A DNA stretch of 64,000 nt from positions 512 to 64,511 of the forward strand of contig CANILH010000005.1 in NCBI GenBank assembly GCA_947468665.1, given 5' to 3'. How positions within the stretch are numbered: the first letter of the stretch is position 1; each line of letters begins with the position of its first letter. This document shows, piece by piece, positions 46,689-56,075 of this stretch. This DNA comes from Oligoflexales bacterium (lineage in GTDB: Bacteria > Bdellovibrionota_B > Oligoflexia > Oligoflexales > RGVZ01). The translations under genes were made by a program, and so were the position numbers. The notes under the pieces are model-generated. The model did not search any database and was not told the origin of the DNA. It saw only the letters and a list, made by a program, of their open reading frames with translations.

Positions 46689-49124
46689 ATGCAAAACATG
46701 ATCGACATTCTGAAACAACTCGCCTCCGAGCTTAAACTCCAGGCCCACCAGGTCAACAACACCGTCAAATTACTGGTTGAGGAAGAATGTACGATCCCGT
46801 TCGTTGCCCGTTACCGCAAAGAAATGACCGGATCCATGGACGAAGTCCAGATCCGCGATCTCCGCGACCGCTATAATTACCTAGTCGAGCTTGAAACCAA
46901 CAAAGAAAAATACCTGAAAGTCGTGGAAGAATTCTGTCAGAAGAACGCCGCCTATGCCGGAAAATTCCCCGAACTCCAAAAAAAGTTCCAGGCCTGCAAA
47001 ACCAAACAGGAGCTTGAGGATCTTTACCTTCCATTCAAACCAAAACGCCGCACCAAGGCTCAAATCGCCCGCGAAAAAGGCCTTGAGCCTTTGCTCGAGG
47101 CGATCCTGACCCAGCGCGCCACACTCACTGATCTTATCGCTCTCGCGACGACCTATATCACCGCTCCTGACGCGAATATCGACGTGTCACTCAAAATCCC
47201 GACCGCTGAAGCGGCTCTCCAGGGCGCCGGCGACATTCTCGCTGAGCGCGTGAGTGAGACCGCCGAGCTTCGCGCCATGGTTCGTGTCACATCCGCTGAC
47301 ACCGGCGTCCTTGTCGCCAAAAAATCCGAAAGTTCCGACGCCGCCAAATCTGAGGAGGACATACTCGATAGCAAACTCGCCGGCAGAGGCAAAAAAGGCG
47401 AAGCCCACAAATACGAAAATTACTTCGACTTCCGCGAATCCATCAAAACCTGCCCAAGCCACCGCGTTATGGCGGTTCGCCGCGGCGAGGCTGAGAAGAT
47501 CCTTCGGATCGCCATTGAGGTGGATACCGCGAAAATCGTGGAAGACCTCACCAAGGCCGTGGTCGGCACAACACCCATCACACCGGCCGCCCGCGCCTGG
47601 ATGGCTCAGGTCGCAGATGATTGTTACCGCAGACTCCTCGCACCGTCCATTGAGACCGAAATACGTCTTGAGCTCAAAAACCGCGCCGAGGCCGACTCCA
47701 TCAGAGTCTTCACCAAGAATCTTGAGAATCTTCTGCTACTGCCACCGATTCCGCAAAAAGTCGTTATGGGCGTTGACCCTGGTATTCGCACTGGGTCAAA
47801 ACTCTCCGTCATCAGCGAGACGGGTGCCGTGCTGTTTCATACCACCGTTTACCCAGACTTCAGACAAGACGGCACCATCGACTCACCCAAAACCCGCCAG
47901 ACCAAAGACATCATAGCGAACACACTGCGGACCCACAAAGTCCAGTACATCGCAATCGGCAACGGCACTGGCTCCCGCGAGATCGACCGCATCATCCGTG
48001 ATGTCCTGAAAGAGGGCAGTTTTAACGACGTAAAACGCTTGATCGTCAACGAGTCCGGTGCATCTGTTTATTCCGCCGACGAGATCGCCCGCGAGGAGTT
48101 CCCTGATCTTGACGCGACCATCCGCTCGGCGATCTCCATCGCCCGGAGACTCCAGGATCCTCTCGCTGAACTTGTAAAGATCGACCCCCGCTCCATCGGA
48201 GTTGGTCAGTATCAGCACGACGTCAACGTCACAAAACTGAAACTCTCTCTTGAGGATGTTGTCGAGTCCTGCGTTAACAAGGTCGGAGTCAACATCAACA
48301 CCGCCTCCTATAAACTCCTTGGCTACGTCTCCGGCATCGGCGCTTCGCTCGCTAAAGCGATCGTCACTCACAGGGATAAGAACGGACAATTCACATCCCG
48401 CGCCGAGGTCAACAAAGTCCCGGGCTTCGGACCAAAGGCCTTTGAGCAGGCCGCAGGATTCCTCCGGGTTCCTGAGTCCAAAAACCCACTGGACAACTCA
48501 TCGGTTCACCCTGAGCGTTACTCCATCGTAGAGCAGATCGCCAAGGATCTTGGATCAAGCGTCTCTGATCTCGTGGGTAAACGCACCGCGGTTGACGCGA
48601 TCCCTCTTGAGAAGTACGTCAACGAAGCCGTCGGTCTTCCGACACTGCGTGACATCGCGGCTGAGCTGATCAAACCCGGCCGTGACCCACGCGAAGACGG
48701 CATCCGCCTCACATACTCTGACGATGTCTCCGAGATCGATGATCTTCGTCCGGGGATGGTTCTCCAGGGAACAGTCACCAACGTCACTAACTTCGGAGCG
48801 TTCGTGGACATCGGCGTTCACCAGGACGGCCTAATTCACATCTCAGAGCTCTCAGACCAGTTTGTGACCGACCCCTCGTCTGTCGTGGCCGTGGGAGACG
48901 TCTTGTCTGTGCGGATTCTGGATGCTGACAAAATCAAAAAACGCATCAGTCTCTCGGCCAAGTCACAGTCTCGCGCTGGAGCGGCTGGAGGCTCAGCGAC
49001 GACTCGTCCGGCTCAGCCAGCTATGGCTGCCGCTACCAGAGGGGCACCAGCTAAAGCCGCTCCAAAGGTACCGGAGAAGTCCCACAACATGACTGATCTG
49101 CTGTCGAAGTTTGGGCGTAAATAA
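46689..49124 (+). CDS. tex: Tex transcription accessory protein
   Basis: TIPFVARYRKEMTG, LEDLYLPFKPKRRT, GVDPGIRTG, SIGVGQYQHDV, HhH and S1 (GAFVDIGVHQDGLIHIS). Confidence 0.96.
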   Translation: MQNMIDILKQLASELKLQAHQVNNTVKLLVEEECTIPFVARYRKEMTGSMDEVQIRDLRDRYNYLVELETNKEKYLKVVEEFCQKNAAYAGKFPELQKKFQACKTKQELEDLYLPFKPKRRTKAQIAREKGLEPLLEAILTQRATLTDLIALATTYITAPDANIDVSLKIPTAEAALQGAGDILAERVSETAELRAMVRVTSADTGVLVAKKSESSDAAKSEEDILDSKLAGRGKKGEAHKYENYFDFRESIKTCPSHRVMAVRRGEAEKILRIAIEVDTAKIVEDLTKAVVGTTPITPAARAWMAQVADDCYRRLLAPSIETEIRLELKNRAEADSIRVFTKNLENLLLLPPIPQKVVMGVDPGIRTGSKLSVISETGAVLFHTTVYPDFRQDGTIDSPKTRQTKDIIANTLRTHKVQYIAIGNGTGSREIDRIIRDVLKEGSFNDVKRLIVNESGASVYSADEIAREEFPDLDATIRSAISIARRLQDPLAELVKIDPRSIGVGQYQHDVNVTKLKLSLEDVVESCVNKVGVNINTASYKLLGYVSGIGASLAKAIVTHRDKNGQFTSRAEVNKVPGFGPKAFEQAAGFLRVPESKNPLDNSSVHPERYSIVEQIAKDLGSSVSDLVGKRTAVDAIPLEKYVNEAVGLPTLRDIAAELIKPGRDPREDGIRLTYSDDVSEIDDLRPGMVLQGTVTNVTNFGAFVDIGVHQDGLIHISELSDQFVTDPSSVVAVGDVLSVRILDADKIKKRISLSAKSQSRAGAAGGSATTRPAQPAMAAATRGAPAKAAPKVPEKSHNMTDLLSKFGRK

Positions 49125-49189
49125 AATTAGTGCAAAAAAAAGAGACACATGGTATCTAGCTTCCTCCAATAATTCGGAGGAGTTAGACC

Positions 49190-50086
49190 ATGCAGAACGC
49201 GTCAGCCCAGAACCCATCCAAAAAAACCGTTTTAGGCGTCATCGGCGGCAGCGGCGTCTACAAAATGGACGGCGTGGATTTTGTCCATGAGCACAAACTG
49301 TCGACTCCTTTCGGTGAGCCATCAGACGCGATTTTTGAGGCGAAAATATCCGGACGCACGGTCTATTTTCTCCCGCGACACGGCCGCGGTCACCGCTTCA
49401 CGCCAACTGAGGTCAACTACCGCGCCAACATTCACGCCCTGAAACAACTTGGCGTCACCCACGTCATGGCCGTCAGCGCCGTGGGCATCATGAAAGAATC
49501 CATCAAGCCTGGCGACATGGTTGTTCCTGACCAAATTTTTGACCGCACCCGCGGCAGCAGACAAAATACGTTCTTTGGAGAGGGTGTTGTCGGACATGTG
49601 ATGTTCGGCGATCCGTTCTGCGCGGAGACACGCTCTGTGATCCTCGCTGCTGCGAAGACCGAAAAAGCCACCGTCCACGACGGCGGCACTTATGTTTGTA
49701 TGGAAGGCCCCGCGTTTTCCACCCGGGCTGAGAGCCACTTCTACAAAAAAACGCTCGCGCCAGCCGTGATCGGCATGACGGCCGTTCCTGAGGCCAAACT
49801 CGCACGCGAGGCGGAGATGGGTTACGGCATGCTGGCTCTCGCCACTGATTACGACTGCTGGCATGAAACCGAGGACGATGTCTCGGTTGAGGCTGTATTG
49901 GCGGTCGTCAAAGCCAACGCGACTCTTGCCAACAACATCATCAAGCGTGTCGCCACTATGATGCCTGAATCGTCGTCGTCGGACGTCCTATACGCTGCGA
50001 AATACGCGATCATGACTGACCGCTCTACGATCCCGGCCAAATCCCGTGAAAAGTTTCAGACACTTTGGGGACCTTATCTTGGTTAA
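49190..50086 (+). CDS. mtnP: S-methyl-5'-thioadenosine phosphorylase
   Basis: GVIGGSG, PRHGRGH, VNYRANI, EGPAFSTRAES, MTAVPEAKLARE, TDYDCW. Confidence 0.94.
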   Translation: MQNASAQNPSKKTVLGVIGGSGVYKMDGVDFVHEHKLSTPFGEPSDAIFEAKISGRTVYFLPRHGRGHRFTPTEVNYRANIHALKQLGVTHVMAVSAVGIMKESIKPGDMVVPDQIFDRTRGSRQNTFFGEGVVGHVMFGDPFCAETRSVILAAAKTEKATVHDGGTYVCMEGPAFSTRAESHFYKKTLAPAVIGMTAVPEAKLAREAEMGYGMLALATDYDCWHETEDDVSVEAVLAVVKANATLANNIIKRVATMMPESSSSDVLYAAKYAIMTDRSTIPAKSREKFQTLWGPYLG

Positions 50087-50915
50087 GTCCACCAAAAAAC
50101 AAATTGTGACTTTAGTGTGTTTGACCCTTGCGGGATGGGCGTGGCATGAACACGTCCTCACAACCCAAAACGAACCGGCGCTGTCGAAATCAAACGCCAC
50201 CAGAGCGACCAGCCAACTAAAATCAGCGGACGTCCCAAAAACCAGCGCGTCCGACATGAATAACACTGCAACGTCAGCTGGTTGGACGCAATCAGCATCC
50301 GGCACGATCGCTGATGCTCAAACACTTATTGACCGCGGCAGCATTCAAGAAGGCGCCCATATCTTGGAGGAAATTGCGCGTCAAGACCCAGCAAACACCC
50401 AGGCACTGATGGAACTTGCCATGGTCTGCACTTTGGACTTCAAGGATTCTGCCAAGGCGCGGTCTCTTCTTGAACGCGTGATTGATATCAACCCGAATCA
50501 TAGAGCTGCCCTGAATGAACTTGAACTCGTCTATAAAGAATTGGGCGTGGTTGAGGACGGCCTCGCCTTGTTACAGCTTAAAACGCAGCAACATCCCGAC
50601 TCCCTTGAGCTCAGCTTCGCCTATGGACGCATGCTCGCCGAAAAAGATCCCGCAGCGGCCATCGCGTCTCTTGAGCAGGGAACAAAAATTCCCGATCTCC
50701 GTGAAGAGGCTTATGATCAACTGGCCGTAGCGGCCCTGAAGGCTGGTCAAATTGAACTGGCGATAAAATCATGGACCGAGGCTTTGGCCCTCGCGGAAAA
50801 CGAGCTTGATCAGGCGAAGCTAAAGAATGAGCCTGGTGTGGACTTTTTGGAAGAACGAGTTGCCTCCACCAAAACGGAGCTGGCCAGAGCTCGCGCCCAA
50901 ACCGCTAAGCAGTAA
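50079..50915 (+). CDS. Exported TPR-repeat protein
   Basis: N-terminal hydrophobic segment and several TPR-like helices (QDPANTQAL, INPNHRAAL, HPDSLEL). Start is uncertain. Confidence 0.78.
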   Translation: MVKSTKKQIVTLVCLTLAGWAWHEHVLTTQNEPALSKSNATRATSQLKSADVPKTSASDMNNTATSAGWTQSASGTIADAQTLIDRGSIQEGAHILEEIARQDPANTQALMELAMVCTLDFKDSAKARSLLERVIDINPNHRAALNELELVYKELGVVEDGLALLQLKTQQHPDSLELSFAYGRMLAEKDPAAAIASLEQGTKIPDLREEAYDQLAVAALKAGQIELAIKSWTEALALAENELDQAKLKNEPGVDFLEERVASTKTELARARAQTAKQ

Positions 50916-51287
50916 TCAACCGAGATGCTGCTCCAGCATCACCTGAAGCTGATCAACGTCAAATGGCTTGGTCAAAACGTCCTTAAATCCGTGTTGAAGG
51001 CATCTCTTACGGTCCTCGCTGAACGCGTTGGCGGTCACGGCAAGGATCTTGGTGGTTTTGTTCAAAGCCGAGTTGTTCCAGATCGCGGTGGCAGTATCAA
51101 ATCCATTCATCTCCGGCATCTGCCAATCCATAAGAATAAGATCAAATTTGGTCTTTGAGGCGAAATCCACAGCCTCAGCCCCACTTTTGGCGACAAATGT
51201 TTTATAGCCAAGAATCTTAAGCATGCTGTCCGCGACCAGGCAGTTGACGTCATTATCATCCACCACCAAAATCAGCTCACCTGCCAT
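50916..51287 (-). CDS. Single-domain response regulator (hybrid-kinase-type receiver)
   Basis: LVVDDNDVN, DLILMDWQMPEMNG, AVTANA, LTKP. GGAG SD. Confidence 0.9.
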   Translation of the reverse strand: MAGELILVVDDNDVNCLVADSMLKILGYKTFVAKSGAEAVDFASKTKFDLILMDWQMPEMNGFDTATAIWNNSALNKTTKILAVTANAFSEDRKRCLQHGFKDVLTKPFDVDQLQVMLEQHLG

Positions 51288-51358
51288 ATTCGCTCCATAT
51301 TCCCGGTTTTTTACGAAGACCATCCGCAAAGACCTTTAATTTCAACATACTAAACACC

Positions 51359-51385
51359 TAAAGTAAGTCGCTTTTGTACCGATAG
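51359..51385 (+). promoter_or_regulatory. Putative sigma-28 promoter for the hybrid kinase
   Basis: TAAAG...N15-ACCGATAG. Confidence 0.55.
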
Positions 51386-51433
51386 GTGCTCCGGAGAATT
51401 GTATCCACATTTTAGCGACTTTTAGAGATCAGA

Positions 51434-53740
51434 ATGGCCGAAGACACCCAAAATAACCGAATTCCCCGCTCAATCGAGACATCGTTTCGACGCGTTAGTG
51501 CCATCGCAGGTACGGTTTTGGCTATTTTCTTCACTATTTTGCAGACTGCATATGAGTATCGCACAGATTTAACCCGGCCTGAAGATCGGATTCGCGAGAT
51601 CGAGCGTTCCTTAAAAGTCCCTCTCTCAATTGCCATAGCTCCTGTCGACCAGGATCGCCTCAAACTTATCGCCGACCAGGCTCTTCTGGCGGATGATATA
51701 CAGACCATCGCCATCCTGAACTCCAAAAATCAGCTGCTCTACGAGAATATGAAGGTCAACGCCAAGCTGCTGGATGACACCTTCCTGCTAAAGCGGATTA
51801 TCACTTTAACAGACCGCGAAGATGATAAAACAGAACTCGGCGTCGCCATGATCAAAATCACTCCGGGTCAGGCCATAGCGAGTCTTGGACACGCGGCTCT
51901 GAATGCTTTGGTGCTGAATGCGGTAAAAATAACGGCGATTATTCTTATAATTTCCTGGTTCCTGAGGCGCAAAGTTATAAGCCCCCTTAATAGGCTCGCC
52001 AAACAAATCAAAAAATCCATTCCGGGTGAGGTTATTGTCGTCCAGGTAGACACCGGCATAACGGATAAACAGGGAGAGAATAACGAAATCGAGCGGGTCG
52101 CCAGGTTTATCTCTGAGCGCGAAGGTAAACTTCAGCAACTAATTGACGACCTTAAAACCCGCGAGGAAACACTTCGCAACAGCGAAGCCCATCAAAGGGA
52201 TTTGGCTCAGCGCCTTGATTTTATCATGCGCGCCAACAAACTAGGGTCATGGGAAATTAATCTTCACTCGGGTGAAGCAAAATATAATGACCGCTTCAGC
52301 GAGATGATTGGCGTATCCCCAAAACTAACTCATTTCTGGACGGCGCGGGTCCATCATGACGATCGACAAAGCTTTGAGAATGACTTCGACTTGCACACCC
52401 GTGGCTGGTCTGAATCCATCAACAATATTCACAGGATACGCCACGAGAATGGCCCATGGGTTTGGGTCCTTTGCACAGGCTCGGCGGTCCAGCGGGACAT
52501 GGAACAACGCGCGACCAGAATCGTAGGAACCAACCTTGATATCACTGATTTGGTCGATGCCCGCGAGTCCGCGCTCGCGGCCAACGTCTCCAAATCTGCG
52601 TTTCTCGCCAACATGAGCCATGAGATCCGCACCCCTCTCAACGGCGTCCTCGGCATGACCTCACTGCTAAAGCGAACCAGCCTGGACCCCATGCAGACGG
52701 AGTTTATCAAGACCATTGAGATCTCTGGTAAGCAGCTCCTAGGCGTCATATCTGACATTCTTGACCTATCAAAAGTCGAAGCGGGTAAATTTGACCTGTC
52801 ACCCGTCAAAATGAGCGTCCGCACCATAGTGGACAACGTCATCAGGATTATCGGTCCGAGCGCGGACATCAAAGGCCTTTCGCTCGTCAAAAACATCACT
52901 CCAGAGGTTCCTGAATCTGTATATTGCGATGACACAAGGCTTCAGCAGGTCTTGGTAAACCTTGCCAGCAATGCGGTAAAGTTCACTGCGCACGGACAAG
53001 TTTTTATCCACGTTGACTGCCGCCAGTCCGCTAAATACAAGGACAGGGTTGAGATCGAATTTCATATTGTTGACGAGGGAATCGGCATCCCGCCTGATCA
53101 GCTGAAAAACCTGTTCCAGGCGTTCAGCCAGGCAGACGCGACCATCACCCGCAGATATGGAGGCACAGGACTGGGACTGGCCATTTCTAAACAAATCGTG
53201 GGTCTGATGAGCGGTAAAATCGGAGTAACCAGCGAGGTAAACCGCGGCTCTGACTTTACCTTCACGATCAACGTACCGACGGTCGCCGCGATTGAAATCA
53301 CCGCTCCGACCGCCGAGGTCGTCAACCCTCAGAACATTAGCTCTCTGCTGGTAAAGGCCAATATCGTAACCCAGAAAGTCATCTTCAAAATGCTCAAAAC
53401 GCTTGGCATATCACCCGCGGTGGCGACCAATGGCGTCGAGGCCACACACCTTGCGACCAGTAACCAATATGACATCATATTCATGGATCTCGTCATGCCG
53501 GAAATGGATGGTCACGAGGCCACACGACGGATCATCGCCCATGCGAAATCGAAGAATCTGCCCGTACCCGCAATCATAGCTATTACATCAACGGTCAACG
53601 AAGGCCTAAAGGAAAGACTCCTGGAAACTGGTTTCGCGGACGTCCTTGAAAAACCAATAACAATGATTCAACTCAGCACGGCCCTGCATCATGTACAACG
53701 CCAAAGCGCTCCCGTCAAAAAAGACAAGAGCGCCTCGTAA
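51434..53740 (+). CDS. Membrane hybrid sensor kinase (2 TM, HAMP-like, PAS, HisKA, HATPase, atypical receiver)
   Basis: PAS VHHDDR/HRIRHENG, FLANMSHEIRTPLNG, NAVKFT, GGTGLGLAI, C-terminal IFMDLVMPEMDG. Confidence 0.93.
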   Translation: MAEDTQNNRIPRSIETSFRRVSAIAGTVLAIFFTILQTAYEYRTDLTRPEDRIREIERSLKVPLSIAIAPVDQDRLKLIADQALLADDIQTIAILNSKNQLLYENMKVNAKLLDDTFLLKRIITLTDREDDKTELGVAMIKITPGQAIASLGHAALNALVLNAVKITAIILIISWFLRRKVISPLNRLAKQIKKSIPGEVIVVQVDTGITDKQGENNEIERVARFISEREGKLQQLIDDLKTREETLRNSEAHQRDLAQRLDFIMRANKLGSWEINLHSGEAKYNDRFSEMIGVSPKLTHFWTARVHHDDRQSFENDFDLHTRGWSESINNIHRIRHENGPWVWVLCTGSAVQRDMEQRATRIVGTNLDITDLVDARESALAANVSKSAFLANMSHEIRTPLNGVLGMTSLLKRTSLDPMQTEFIKTIEISGKQLLGVISDILDLSKVEAGKFDLSPVKMSVRTIVDNVIRIIGPSADIKGLSLVKNITPEVPESVYCDDTRLQQVLVNLASNAVKFTAHGQVFIHVDCRQSAKYKDRVEIEFHIVDEGIGIPPDQLKNLFQAFSQADATITRRYGGTGLGLAISKQIVGLMSGKIGVTSEVNRGSDFTFTINVPTVAAIEITAPTAEVVNPQNISSLLVKANIVTQKVIFKMLKTLGISPAVATNGVEATHLATSNQYDIIFMDLVMPEMDGHEATRRIIAHAKSKNLPVPAIIAITSTVNEGLKERLLETGFADVLEKPITMIQLSTALHHVQRQSAPVKKDKSAS

Positions 53741-53759
53741 GACTCGATTATCAGAATTC

Positions 53760-55862
53760 TCAGGACTTAGGTTTCGCCGATTTTTTCTCTTGTGCCTGAC
53801 GGTTCTTCTCGGTTTTGACAACCTCAGGAATAGTCAGTTTGGCCAAGTTTTTGCTGCCCTTAAGCGCTACATAGTCCGCGGTGATTCGGATAGCCTCCTG
53901 CATCTGAAAGTCGTCGGCGAGTGCCAGCTCAGTATCGTCATCACCGGCGTCATCACCAGCCTTGGATTTTTTCTTGCTGCTTCGTTTCTCGATTTTTTCT
54001 TTTTCGGCCGCCTTCTCTTTCGCGGATTTTTCTTTGAGGGAGATTCTTGACCGCTCCAGCTCGCCTGTTTTGTAAGTTTTAATATCCTCAGCCACAATCT
54101 TGAACCCGGGGTCGGTTAGCAGACGTGAGGCACTCGCCTCCTTAAGGCGTTTCACATAAGGCGCAGCCAACCCAAGAGCCTTGTAATCAGACTCTTTGAT
54201 TTTCTCCCAGGGAAGAGCGTAATCGTAGAACTTTTCCCCCATCTCGAGCTCATCCATGATATCCGGAAGCACCACGTCAGACTCAACACCGCGAAGCTGG
54301 GTACTGGAGCCGGATGGGCGATAAAACTTTGAGATTGTCACTTTAACAGCGCCTAGTTTATCGCTGACGTCGTTAAGGTTCTGAACGGTACCCTTACCAA
54401 ACGTATGGGTATCACCCACGATAAGCCCACGTTGGTAATCCTGGATCGCGCCTGCGAAAATCTCACTGGCGGAGGCAGACTGCCTGTTGATTACAACCGT
54501 AAGAGGCCCATCCCAGGCCACGCTTGGATCCTTGTCCTCTTGCACGTAACTATTGCCGTCACTATTCCTGATCTGAACGATGGGACCTGACTTGATGAAA
54601 AGTCCTGAGATAGTGATCGCCTCGTCAAGAGAACCGCCTCCGTTATTACGCAGGTCGACTACGATCGCCTCGGCCCCTTGTTTTTTGAGGGACTCCAACT
54701 CACGAAGCATGTCCACAGATGAGCTCTTGAAGTCTTTTTGCTTATTCTGACGGCCCTCAAAATCCATATAAAAAGACGGCAAAGTCACGACACCGACTTT
54801 TACGTCTTTTGCCTCAGCTCCCTCGCCCATCTGAACGATTTTAAGCGAAGACTTCGCCGCGCGGTCTGTCAGCTGCACTTTCTGACGCTTCAATACCACC
54901 TGCAACTGGACGTTTTTGCCCTTCTCCTCGCGTACGAGAGTCAGCTTCACATCTGTCCCCTGCTTACCGCGGATCAGCTTCACTACGTCCCGAAGATCCA
55001 TGTCAATCACGTCGACAGGAGAATCTTTTGTCTGAGCAACCGCGACGATCTTATCCTCAACCTTGACCTTGCCGCTTTGCGCAGCCGCGCCACCGGGAAC
55101 CATTGACTGAATTGTCGTGAAGCCATCCTCGCTGCGAAGCACCGCACCGATTCCCTCCAGCGAGAGTCGCGTGTTAATTCGGAAATCCTCGAGTTCGTCA
55201 GGCCCCATGTAATCACTGTGAGGGTCGAGCGCGCTGGCGAACGCGTTCAAAAATATTCCCATAACCTGGTCGCTGTTGGTTTCTTTGTGGCGTCTGCGGG
55301 TCAACTCCATGCGTTTGGTCATTTTCTCCCGGATTTTAGCCGCGTCAGTAATCGTCTCGCGCAACTGAATAATCTGAAACTTCACCCGCTTACGCCATCG
55401 GTCCGCAAGCTCGTCGCCGGTCTTGGCCCATGGAAGTTTTTTGCGGTCAACCTCCATATACTCATCAGCGGTAAAATCGTGAGTGGCAGCGATCGCCTCG
55501 TCAATAGGCTTCTGACGTTCCCCGAATCGCTTGCCATACGTTTCCACGATGTCATCAATAAAAGAGCAGTCTGCTTTGTTGATCGCCTCGTCGACTTGGG
55601 TCGAGTATTGCTTCTCAAAGCGATCAACATCACTCTGGAGAAAATAAAGCTTGCCGGGATCCCAAGCACGCACAAATAGATCCAGCGAGCGTTTGCTCAA
55701 CTCATCCGTAAACTCAGTATAGGTAAAGTGCATCTTGAAATAATACTGAGTCAGGAGTCGAACCTGCTTGCAGTCCAACGCCGCAGCTGCGGTGGAGTAT
55801 AAAGTCACACACGCCAAAACCGCGAAGACACGACAGGTACGATAGAAAATGCGAATAGTCAT
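53760..55862 (-). CDS. prc: Tail-specific (C-terminal processing) protease, S41A
   Basis: Signal peptide, DPHSDYM, LSLEGIGAVL PDZ, DLRNNGGGSL, SASASEIFAG, GKGTVQ. Confidence 0.94.
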   Translation of the reverse strand: MTIRIFYRTCRVFAVLACVTLYSTAAAALDCKQVRLLTQYYFKMHFTYTEFTDELSKRSLDLFVRAWDPGKLYFLQSDVDRFEKQYSTQVDEAINKADCSFIDDIVETYGKRFGERQKPIDEAIAATHDFTADEYMEVDRKKLPWAKTGDELADRWRKRVKFQIIQLRETITDAAKIREKMTKRMELTRRRHKETNSDQVMGIFLNAFASALDPHSDYMGPDELEDFRINTRLSLEGIGAVLRSEDGFTTIQSMVPGGAAAQSGKVKVEDKIVAVAQTKDSPVDVIDMDLRDVVKLIRGKQGTDVKLTLVREEKGKNVQLQVVLKRQKVQLTDRAAKSSLKIVQMGEGAEAKDVKVGVVTLPSFYMDFEGRQNKQKDFKSSSVDMLRELESLKKQGAEAIVVDLRNNGGGSLDEAITISGLFIKSGPIVQIRNSDGNSYVQEDKDPSVAWDGPLTVVINRQSASASEIFAGAIQDYQRGLIVGDTHTFGKGTVQNLNDVSDKLGAVKVTISKFYRPSGSSTQLRGVESDVVLPDIMDELEMGEKFYDYALPWEKIKESDYKALGLAAPYVKRLKEASASRLLTDPGFKIVAEDIKTYKTGELERSRISLKEKSAKEKAAEKEKIEKRSSKKKSKAGDDAGDDDTELALADDFQMQEAIRITADYVALKGSKNLAKLTIPEVVKTEKNRQAQEKKSAKPKS

Positions 55863-56008
55863 AATGGGTTCCCCTTAACTCATTGATCTATATATATTAT
55901 CACAGCCCAGCCAAAAACCCATGCCTTCCCCCATGCCGAAAATAAGAAAAAACAATGAATTTACACCCGAATCATCATGATTTTAGCATTTTGACAACAC
56001 CCTACAGC

Positions 56009-56035
56009 TCAAGGCCGCGACTGAAAGTCCGAAAC
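56009..56035 (+). promoter_or_regulatory. Putative sigma-28 promoter
   Basis: TCAAG...N15-TCCGAAAC. Confidence 0.35.
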
Positions 56036-56075
56036 CCACACAGACTTTTTAATTGATTTACCCGGAGTCATCACT

